Assembly (NCBI GenBank): GCA_965217865.1
Contig: CBDCJO010000002.1
Span: 1,888,001-1,952,000, forward strand
Length of the DNA: 64,000 bases
Origin: Candidatus Latescibacterota bacterium
GTDB taxonomy: Bacteria > Latescibacterota > UBA2968 > SICM01
Direction: 5' to 3'
The translations under genes and the position numbers were made by a program. Positions within the stretch are counted from its first letter, which is position 1. Every line of letters begins with the position of its first letter. Below the pieces are notes generated by a model. That model saw only the letters and a program-made list of their open reading frames with translations, had not been told where the DNA came from and ran no database searches. This document shows positions 28,881 to 37,199 of the stretch, in pieces.

Positions 28881-30812
28881 ATGACGACTCAATTCCTTAG
28901 GGTCTCATTTCGGCTGACCCTTCTTGTTGTCCTCCTATCAACACCTCCAATCGTCCCTTCGTTCGCTTCCGGGGAGGAGACCGACCGCTACAGCGAAATC
29001 GAAAAGGGGATTGAACGTCTCGGCCATGTCTACAAGCATCTGCTTGTCAGCTATTACCGGGAGATCAGCCCTGACAAGATCGTCTCGGACGGGATCGAAG
29101 GAATGCTGGGAGACCTTGATCCCTACACACAGTACTTCAGCGAGCATGCTCTCAAACAGCTCAGGATCGATACAAGTGGAAAATTCGGAGGGCTCGGAAT
29201 CACCATCTCCCTCGATTCCAGAACGCGTACGCCCAAGGTGATTACCGTCATCGGAGGAACCCCTGCGGACAGCGCCGGTATGTTGCCCGGTGATCTGATC
29301 GTGGAAATCGACGGGAAATCCACTTTCCGGCAAACCCTCAGGGAGGTCGTCGATCAGCTTCGCGGTGCACCCGATTCCATAGTCCGGATCGCCATCCGTC
29401 GAGAAGGCCTTTCGGACCCGATCCCCCTGGCCATTACCAGGGCACAGATAAAGATCGAAAGCGTTACATATGCCGAGGAGATTGAACCCGGAATCGGATA
29501 CATCCGCATGTCCAGGACCCGTTTTTTGGAGGAGACCGGTCAAGAGGTCGAGGCCTCCCTCCTGAGGCTTCGAGAAAAGGTCTCCAAAGGAGTCATCCTC
29601 GACCTGAGGGGAAATCCCGGGGGCCTTCTTTCGCAGGCCAGAGAAGTATCGGATAAATTTCTAGAACCGGGCCAACTCATCGTCTCGACGAAAGGCCGCA
29701 AACCAGATCAAACCCAGGACTACAAGTCTCACAGTCCGGCCGTCCTCGGGAAGGAGATCCCCCTTATCGTCCTGGTGAATCCCGGAAGTGCCAGCGCTTC
29801 GGAGATTGTTGCCGGAGCGATTCAGGACGCAGATCGGGGATTGATTCTTGGAGAGACAACTTTCGGCAAGGGATCAGTGCAGACCGTGGTGGGAATCGAT
29901 GACGAAACGGCCCTCAAGTTGACCACCGCCCTCTACTACACCCCCTCCGGCCGGAGTATCCATCGGCGATACGGGCGCGCCCATATCAATGTCAACGTAG
30001 ACGATCGAAAATTTCCCGTTCACACACTCATCGATGTCATCAGCAGATCATCGGACCGAACGGAGAGCCGTGAAACCCTTGTCAAGAAATTCGGGTTTTC
30101 ACAATCACAGGCCGATAAGGTCCTGAGTTTCGAACTGGGTAACATGGCGGGCCTTGCTTTAAAGAAGACAGGCAAAGATTCCGGAAAAAAAGAAAAGATC
30201 ACTTATAAAACCGCTGCTGGGAGACCGGTATACGGAGGGGGGGGGATCACTCCGGATGTGGTGATTCAGCGCAAGGAACCGTCTATTCTCTTCTTGAAGA
30301 TGGAAGAAAAGCGGATGTTCCTCACTTTCGCCAGCCATTTTGCGGCTGTGCACCCCGACGTCAAAAAACCATTTGCTGTCGACAGCTCGACCGTGGCTGA
30401 ATTTCGCGCCTTTTTGGCCGACACCACCTGGGGATTCGATTACAAAACCAAATCCGAGAGCAGACTGGATGAAATCGAGAAGAAATTCAAAGATCACGAC
30501 ACGTCGTATGCCACAAAGGCCGCTATTGCCGAACTCCGGAAAACCTGTCGGCAGGAACTGGAATTGGAGTTCCAAGAAGCCGATAGGTTGATCCGTGGGG
30601 CAATAGAACGGAACATCGCTTCTCGTCTATTGGGCACGCGTGCATCCATCGAGGCGGAGATCAGATGGGATGATGGCATTCAAGAGTCGGTTCACATACT
30701 GACGGATCCTGGCGGCTATGCCCGGAAGATGGAATTGGCGGGGAGGAATAACGCGACACACCCGGACAGCTCTCTATCCGATTCATCTCCTCCTGGGTCT
30801 CCCTCAAAATAG
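28881..30812 (+). CDS. ctpA: S41 family carboxy-terminal processing protease
   Basis: Signal peptide, PDZ 'GGLGI', 'LDLRGNPGG', 'SASASEI', 'TFGKGSVQ'. Confidence 0.92.
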   Translation: MTTQFLRVSFRLTLLVVLLSTPPIVPSFASGEETDRYSEIEKGIERLGHVYKHLLVSYYREISPDKIVSDGIEGMLGDLDPYTQYFSEHALKQLRIDTSGKFGGLGITISLDSRTRTPKVITVIGGTPADSAGMLPGDLIVEIDGKSTFRQTLREVVDQLRGAPDSIVRIAIRREGLSDPIPLAITRAQIKIESVTYAEEIEPGIGYIRMSRTRFLEETGQEVEASLLRLREKVSKGVILDLRGNPGGLLSQAREVSDKFLEPGQLIVSTKGRKPDQTQDYKSHSPAVLGKEIPLIVLVNPGSASASEIVAGAIQDADRGLILGETTFGKGSVQTVVGIDDETALKLTTALYYTPSGRSIHRRYGRAHINVNVDDRKFPVHTLIDVISRSSDRTESRETLVKKFGFSQSQADKVLSFELGNMAGLALKKTGKDSGKKEKITYKTAAGRPVYGGGGITPDVVIQRKEPSILFLKMEEKRMFLTFASHFAAVHPDVKKPFAVDSSTVAEFRAFLADTTWGFDYKTKSESRLDEIEKKFKDHDTSYATKAAIAELRKTCRQELELEFQEADRLIRGAIERNIASRLLGTRASIEAEIRWDDGIQESVHILTDPGGYARKMELAGRNNATHPDSSLSDSSPPGSPSK

Positions 30813-30826
30813 CAGGGTGGAATTCG

Positions 30827-30861
30827 AAAGCCCGAAGGCGAATGGCCTTCGGGCTTTTTTT
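30827..30861 (+). terminator. Intrinsic terminator
   Basis: AAAGCCCGAAGGC...GCCTTCGGGCTTTTTTT. Confidence 0.85.
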
Positions 30862-30921
30862 ATCCCAAGTGTTGCACTTCCTTATTGAACTCGTGAAATC
30901 CGTATTCAGAAATTGAATCCC

Positions 30922-31758
30922 TCAGTTTAGTTTTTTCCGTGGCTGAAGGACGAACCCCTTTTCCGTATTGTGAGCGACGGCCTCCGGAAACTTATCCTCC
31001 AGGTGCTCCATGACCTCTGATATCGGCCATTCACAGCTCAAACACGGGAAAGGAAGTTCACCCGTTTCCCGAAAGGCCGCCCCGTTTCGATCGTGAAATC
31101 CCCCCCTTCGATCGTAAAATTGTCCCCAGTATCCCGCTGTGTAGCAGATCGTGCCTCGCAACCTGGCACTCCGAATCCAGCCATTCGGGAAAAGGGCCTG
31201 GAACCGTGGTGCCGAATTCAGCCAGGAAACACACTGGACGATCTCCATCCCGGGACACCGCTGTGTCGAGTCGTGTAAAAGACGGATCAGAGAGGCCGCA
31301 AATGGAATCCGCATATCGCTCAGGGGCGACCTGGGCTTATAGATATTATAGATGTGAATGCTGAGCCGACCTTCATCCGAATATCCGCCGTCCCAGCATT
31401 CGTACGGCCGTTCATCCTCACCTTTCCCCTGATCCTTATTCTCAAGGAGACGTGCCTCCAGATACGGCCATAGCAGGGCCAGACCTTCCGCTTCGATCAG
31501 CTCGGAATACGGATCGTCCCGATGCCGATCGAATATCCCTTTCACCTGGTCCAGAATCTCCGCCCATCGGGGTCCCACATCGCACCGGAAAGGATGACTT
31601 CTTCCGTCGTAGAGCGAAGTCTTCCGGTAGATGTCCACCCGGTTTACCGCATCGGCGAAAGATATCTCCTCTTCGCGGAGGACCTTGCGTACATACCAGA
31701 GGCTGAGCTTCGTCAGCTCTTTCACAAAGTTGACGCGAATCGGGTCCGGTTGGAGCAT
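30922..31758 (-). CDS. Hypothetical protein
   Basis: 278-aa ORF with AAGGA RBS; no family recognised. Confidence 0.7.
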   Translation of the reverse strand: MLQPDPIRVNFVKELTKLSLWYVRKVLREEEISFADAVNRVDIYRKTSLYDGRSHPFRCDVGPRWAEILDQVKGIFDRHRDDPYSELIEAEGLALLWPYLEARLLENKDQGKGEDERPYECWDGGYSDEGRLSIHIYNIYKPRSPLSDMRIPFAASLIRLLHDSTQRCPGMEIVQCVSWLNSAPRFQALFPNGWIRSARLRGTICYTAGYWGQFYDRRGGFHDRNGAAFRETGELPFPCLSCEWPISEVMEHLEDKFPEAVAHNTEKGFVLQPRKKLN

Positions 31759-31896
31759 CGTTTTCCTTTAGACTGCGGACACGGTCCTCACTTAAAAAAA
31801 CCACAGTGGGATGCCCAGCCTTCTTGATTTTCGAAACCACAACTTGGGTTTCCGTTTGCCGTCTGGGCTTTCACGTTTTACTGACTTTGCACAACC

Positions 31897-32280
31897 CTAT
31901 AACCGAAACAGCAGCCACTCCTTATCTCCCGCCCGTTTGAATCGAACCAGACAGTAGCGTCCCTTGAACAGCTTGCCGTACAGAACAAACACGATCCGAT
32001 CGGACGCCCATTCCTCGGCATCGTATGTTCCACGATCCCAGATCTCTACCGTCCCGGCCCCATATTCCCCCTCGGGGATCGACCCCTCAAAATCGGCGTA
32101 ATCCAGATCGTGGTCTTCAACGGCGACGGCCAGCCGCTTGACGTCCTTCTCCTCGGGAACACCCTTCGGGACAGCCCAGCTCTTCAAGACCCCTTCTCTT
32201 TCGAGCCGAAAATCATAATGAAGCGTCCTGGCGTGGTGCTTCTGAACGATAAATTTGAGTTTGGCCTCCTGAGTCTGCAT
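31897..32280 (-). CDS. Stand-alone LigD 3'-phosphoesterase domain protein
   Basis: 'FIVQKHHARTLHYDFRLE...SWAVPKG...EDH..Y..FEG.IP.GEYGAG.V.IWD.G'. Confidence 0.92.
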   Translation of the reverse strand: MQTQEAKLKFIVQKHHARTLHYDFRLEREGVLKSWAVPKGVPEEKDVKRLAVAVEDHDLDYADFEGSIPEGEYGAGTVEIWDRGTYDAEEWASDRIVFVLYGKLFKGRYCLVRFKRAGDKEWLLFRL

Positions 32281-32386
32281 TTTCACGATGATCAAAAAAG
32301 AGATCCTTCGGGCACAAGGGTCCCTCAGGATGACCTTTGGCACCCCGCTCGCTCCTCACCCCACCTCGCACCCCTCTCCCGACCTC

Positions 32387-32418
32387 ATTGAATATTGAAT
32401 ATCGGAGAATTGAATATT
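32387..32418 (+). repeat. 32-bp heptamer-based dispersed repeat, copy 2
   Basis: Exact match to the other two copies. Confidence 0.9.
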
Positions 32419-32449
32419 TAATTTCCTATGCCCCTCCGACCCTGACTTT

Positions 32450-35400
32450 TTACATTTTACATTTTTCACTTTGCAATTCCCACCCGCACATCCCCTCGAT
32501 CGCCTTACGTACCTCTGTGAGACCTTTTGCAGGGTCAACTTCTGACAGTTGGGCATCCACAACAGTCTGTTCACCGATCGAGAACTCCAGGGGAAGGTGG
32601 GACCCCTGGATCATCTTTTCCACATCCGAACGCTCCAACTCCCGGTCACCAGGAAAAGTCATGCGGAGCCCCGCAACGACGGTGACAGACTCCAACCCGA
32701 GAATTCTCGCCCCGACCTTGACCCGAATCACGTCGAGCAAAGCCTCCGCCGGAGGCGGGAGACGACCGAAGCGGTCTACAAGCTCCTCCTCTATATTCTC
32801 GACCTCTTCGAACCCCCGGGCATCCGCCAACCGTCGATAGAACTCCATCTTCAGATCAACGTCCGGGATATAATCTTCGGGCAAAAAAGTGGAGGCCTGG
32901 ACGTGGATCTTGGGATCCGGTCTCCTGTCAACCTCCTGGCCCCGAAGCTCCTGGACCGCCTCGTCCATCAGACGGCAATAGAGGTCGAACCCCACTTCAG
33001 CGATAAATCCATGCTGCTGCGCCCCGAGAACGTTCCCGGCCCCCCGGATCTCCAGGTCGCGCATGGAGATGTGGAAACCCGAACCCAGATCGGAGAACTC
33101 CTCGATCGTTCGAAGCCTGCGGAGGGCGATCCTCGACAGCGACTTTCGAGGGGGGGTGATCAGGAAGGCATAGGCCCGCATGTTGGATCGCCCTACCCGG
33201 CCGCGAAGCTGATAGAGCTGAGCCAATCCGAAGCGGTCCGCTCGATTGACGATGATCGTGTTTACAGATGGGATATCAAGACCCGATTCGATGATCATGG
33301 TCGAAATAAGACAATCGTATTTCCGATCCAGGAATTCGAGCATGACCTGCTCGAGCTCCCGTTCCGGCATCTGTCCGTGACCCATCGCGAATTTGACCTC
33401 TGGAAGGAGCTCCCGGAGGAATGACGCAACAGATTCTATCGACTGCACCCTGTTGTGAACAAAATAGACCTGGCCGCCCCGGTCGATCTCCCTCAGGATG
33501 GCCTCGGCGATCCGGCTTTCGTCAAACGGAATGATCTCGGTATAGATCGGAAGTCGGTCGCGGGGAGGCGTGTTGATGATCGACATGTCCCGAGCCCCCA
33601 TCAGCGACATGTGGAGGGTTCTGGGTATGGGAGTTGCCGTAAGGGTAAGGGCATCGACGAGACGCTTCATCTGTTTGATCCGCTCTTTATGTTTCACACC
33701 GAACCGTTGCTCCTCGTCCACCACAAGAAGACCGAGATCCTTAAACACGACGTCCTTGGATAAAATGCGGTGTGTCCCGATGACGATATCCACCACGCCG
33801 GCTTTAAGCGCCTTCACCACGTTTTTCAACTCCCCCGGCGTTCGGAAACGGCTCATCATCTCCACACGGACCGGAAGGTCGCGCATGCGTTCGCGGAAAG
33901 TTCTGTAGTGCTGTTGCGCCAGGATCGTCGTAGGAACCAGAATCGCGGCCTGCTTCCCGTCCGCCACGACCTTGAAGGCCGCTCTGATCGCAACCTCCGT
34001 CTTGCCGTAGCCCACATCCCCGCAAACCAGCCTGTCCATGGGGGAATTTTCCTCCATGTCCCTCGTGACATCTTCGACAGCCTTGAGTTGATCGGGAGTC
34101 TCCTGGAAGGGAAAGGACATTTCAAGCGCTTGATGGAGGGCCCCATCCGGTGAATACCCAAATCCCGTCTTCGTCTTCCGCTCCGCATACAACATCAGGA
34201 GTTCCTGGGCCATCTCCATGATGTCCTTCTTTGTTCGTTCCTTGATCTTCTCCCAGGCCATCCCCCCTAATTTGCTCAGGACAGGTTGTGCGCCTTCCTC
34301 CGTCGAATATTTTTGAACCCGGTCGAGCTGGTCCACGGGGACGAAAAGCTTGTCCTCATTCCGATAGATGAGGACCAGACAGTCCCGCTCGGCGCCGTCA
34401 ACTGTGATTCTCTCAACCCCCTGATAACTCCCGATACCGTGATCGATATGGACGACAAAGTCCCTTCTGGACAGGGCTGCGTAATCGGTGAGGGGCGTTC
34501 CCCCCTTGAATCGGCGATATCTCGACTTCCTCCGGAAACGGCGGTATACCTCGTGGTCATTGACTACGAAAAGTCGTGCCGGTTCATACACAAAACCCTC
34601 GTGTAACGTCCCGGCCGAAAGGGTGACGGCTCCCGCTGTATCTTCCAACAGATCCTCCAGCCGGTCCACCTGCTTGTCGCTTTCGCAAAGGATATTCATG
34701 TCGTAATTCAGAGCGGCATAAGCGAGAACGTCCTCTTTCAGCGAACCGATGCTTCCCTCATACAGTCTCCCCCCTCTCCCCCCGAACTCGATGACCTTTT
34801 CGGTACCTTTGAAGGGCGTGTGGACGACACGTCGAAATCCCTCCAACCTTTTTTGGACCTCCTGGGACGGGTGCAGGACATCAGAGATCGAAAGGGACGC
34901 CACCACATCCCTCTGGGGGCGATCTAAAGCGCCACGAACCTCCTCCTCCACAGATTTTCCTGCCGCACAGACATCTTCCGGGTCGTCCAGGATGAGAATG
35001 GTGTCCGCCTTTAGATGATCCAACAGGGAGGTCCTTTGGCCATACATAAGCGAGAGGTATCTCTCTATCCCGTCGAACGACCCGCGTCGGGAAACCACAT
35101 CCAGGATATCCGAGAACGAATCCCCGCGGCCTTCAGACGCCTTTTTCAGATTTTGGGTGTACACATCTTCCATCAAATTGAGAAACACCGCTTCCCTGCA
35201 GGGAAGAATGTGTACCTCTTTAAGCCGATCGATAGATCGTTGGGTGGAAAAGTCGAATGTCCGGATCGATTCCACCTGCTCGTCGAAGAACTCGATACGG
35301 ACAGGCCGTTCGTTACCGAACGAACAGATGTCAAGGATGCCCCCTCTGACGCTGAACTGGCCCACCCCCTCAACGGTCACCACCCGCTCGAACCCGATCT

Positions 35401-35878
35401 CGACCAGATGCTCGGAGAGTGTCTCCAGATCGACTTCGTCGCCGACGCTCAGGGATCTCCGGCAGAGGGCGAAGACCTCGGGCGGCATCGTGTGACCCAT
35501 CAACGCCTTGATCGTCGTCACAACCACAATAGGACGATCGGATGCGAGATCGTCCAGAGCTTCGATGCGAAGTCCCGTGACATCATAGTGCGGTGACCGC
35601 TCCTCGTGGAGAGGGGCGTCCCAGGCGGGAAAATAGGCGACAACCTCCGATCCGATAAAGGTTTCGATGTCGTCCCTGAGGAGTTCAGCACGTTCTTCTT
35701 CCCCGGCCACCAGGAGGATGGGCCCATCGTGTACCTCCCGGACCCACCCGAAGGCGGCGGCGGCAATCGACCCGTTCAGGCCGTGGAGCGCCAGTTCCTC
35801 CGGGCCCTTCCTGAGTTCCCCCTTTAGTGCCTGAAAAGGCGCGGAATGAACGAGCTTTGAATAAATCCGATTGATCAA
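32450..35878 (-). CDS. mfd: Transcription-repair coupling factor
   Basis: UvrB-homology N-terminus, 'VVHIDHGIG', 'GDVGYGKTEVA', 'DEEQRFG', 'QLRGRVGR', TRCF C-terminal domain. Confidence 0.97.
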   Translation of the reverse strand: MINRIYSKLVHSAPFQALKGELRKGPEELALHGLNGSIAAAAFGWVREVHDGPILLVAGEEERAELLRDDIETFIGSEVVAYFPAWDAPLHEERSPHYDVTGLRIEALDDLASDRPIVVVTTIKALMGHTMPPEVFALCRRSLSVGDEVDLETLSEHLVEIGFERVVTVEGVGQFSVRGGILDICSFGNERPVRIEFFDEQVESIRTFDFSTQRSIDRLKEVHILPCREAVFLNLMEDVYTQNLKKASEGRGDSFSDILDVVSRRGSFDGIERYLSLMYGQRTSLLDHLKADTILILDDPEDVCAAGKSVEEEVRGALDRPQRDVVASLSISDVLHPSQEVQKRLEGFRRVVHTPFKGTEKVIEFGGRGGRLYEGSIGSLKEDVLAYAALNYDMNILCESDKQVDRLEDLLEDTAGAVTLSAGTLHEGFVYEPARLFVVNDHEVYRRFRRKSRYRRFKGGTPLTDYAALSRRDFVVHIDHGIGSYQGVERITVDGAERDCLVLIYRNEDKLFVPVDQLDRVQKYSTEEGAQPVLSKLGGMAWEKIKERTKKDIMEMAQELLMLYAERKTKTGFGYSPDGALHQALEMSFPFQETPDQLKAVEDVTRDMEENSPMDRLVCGDVGYGKTEVAIRAAFKVVADGKQAAILVPTTILAQQHYRTFRERMRDLPVRVEMMSRFRTPGELKNVVKALKAGVVDIVIGTHRILSKDVVFKDLGLLVVDEEQRFGVKHKERIKQMKRLVDALTLTATPIPRTLHMSLMGARDMSIINTPPRDRLPIYTEIIPFDESRIAEAILREIDRGGQVYFVHNRVQSIESVASFLRELLPEVKFAMGHGQMPERELEQVMLEFLDRKYDCLISTMIIESGLDIPSVNTIIVNRADRFGLAQLYQLRGRVGRSNMRAYAFLITPPRKSLSRIALRRLRTIEEFSDLGSGFHISMRDLEIRGAGNVLGAQQHGFIAEVGFDLYCRLMDEAVQELRGQEVDRRPDPKIHVQASTFLPEDYIPDVDLKMEFYRRLADARGFEEVENIEEELVDRFGRLPPPAEALLDVIRVKVGARILGLESVTVVAGLRMTFPGDRELERSDVEKMIQGSHLPLEFSIGEQTVVDAQLSEVDPAKGLTEVRKAIEGMCGWELQSEKCKM

Positions 35879-35927
35879 GGTGACCTCACATCAGATCAAT
35901 TGATTTTGCATTTTCTATTTTTCACTT

Positions 35928-36906
35928 TCATAGCATCTGCCCATCTTCCGGAGAAATCCTTATTCTTCCCGCGGAGTTCAGTTCCTGAGCCAGGTTCACG
36001 ATCCGAATCTGCGCTTCCTCCACTTCGCTCCGCCGCTTCGGCCCCAACATCCCGACTTCCCCCTTAAGGTCTGCAGCCACCCGCTTCGACAGATTGCTCA
36101 GGATTCGTCCCTTGAGGGGATCTGAGGCCAGCTTCATCGCAACGGTAAAGTCCCCCACGTTCCACCTGTTTGAAGAGCTCCTGAAGGTCCCGATCGGTCA
36201 ATCCGGCAAGATCTTCGAACGTGAACATCTTCTCACGGACCCGGCTCGCCAGATCCGGGTCCTCCCCTTCCAACCGCTCGAGAACGGATCGTTCCAGGGT
36301 ACCACCCACCCGGTTAAGTATTCCCGCAACACGATCGGGCCCCTTCACCTCCACACCCCCGGATACCAGGGCGTTCAACTCGGACGAGAGGTTCTTCTCC
36401 ATATCCTGGAGGATATCAGGTGCAACATCGCCCAAGGTGGCAATCCGGTAGGCCACGTCATTTTGCAACTCCGATGGGAGGGAGGCCAGGGTCCCGGCCG
36501 ATATCCCGGGGTCCATCCGGGAGAGGATCAGGGCGATCACCTGGGGATGCTCCTTCTGCAAAAGGTCCGCGATTCTTTCGGGTTGAATTCCTTTTGGGAC
36601 CAACGATTTTTCGGAGACCGAGGTGACCCGCCCCATGATTTTCTGTGCCCTCTTCGGCCCCACCACCCGCTCGACGGTATCCCGTGCGAATTCAATACCC
36701 CCTTCATCCACGGTCTTACCGGACCGCAACAAACCCTCGAACTCCGCCAAAGCATTGTCAACCTCTTCGGATGTGACGGAGCTCATAGAGGCGATGGCGA
36801 GGGTGATCTTTTCAATCTCATCCTCTCGAAGATGCTTCATGATCTCTGCAACTGCATCCTCCCCGAGGCCGATCAGGATGGTTGCGACTTTTTGTCGAGG
36901 CGTCAT
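35928..36906 (-). CDS. fliG: Flagellar motor switch protein FliG homolog with a frameshift in a G-run near 36155
   Basis: 'QKVATILIGLG', 'GGIEFA', 'EHPQVIALIL', 'MFTFEDL'; C-terminal 'SEVEEAQ.RI' lies in a second frame. Confidence 0.88.
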
Positions 36907-37012
36907 CGTTTCCTGACAGGTTCTATACGGACATTGCGGTTTGCCGTTGACGTTTTTTCACAAGGTTATTATGTTATATTAACATCGAGACCTTCCAGGT
37001 GGCGGAAGGTCT

Positions 37013-37138
37013 CCCGCAGGGATCCCATGAACTCTATAATAGTCCACCGTGGGGAAATCGTCAAGCCGAATGTCCCCCGCAGGGATCCCATGAACTCTAT
37101 AATAGTCCACCGTGGGGAAATCGTCAAGCCGAATGTCC
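37013..37138. repeat. Exact 63-bp tandem duplication containing a minus-strand sigma70-like promoter
   Basis: Copies at 37013-37075 and 37076-37138; each reads TTGACG-17 bp-TATTAT on the minus strand. Confidence 0.9.
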
Positions 37139-37199
37139 CCACGGTTCATGGCTCCTCCTGCCGGTTGAACTGAATCCGGTGGTTTGAAAGTGACCCGAC

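Noticed and set aside
37013-37138. Possible CRISPR array or known riboswitch
   Set aside because: Two adjacent identical units with no spacers and no cas genes; I could not match a riboswitch consensus by eye.
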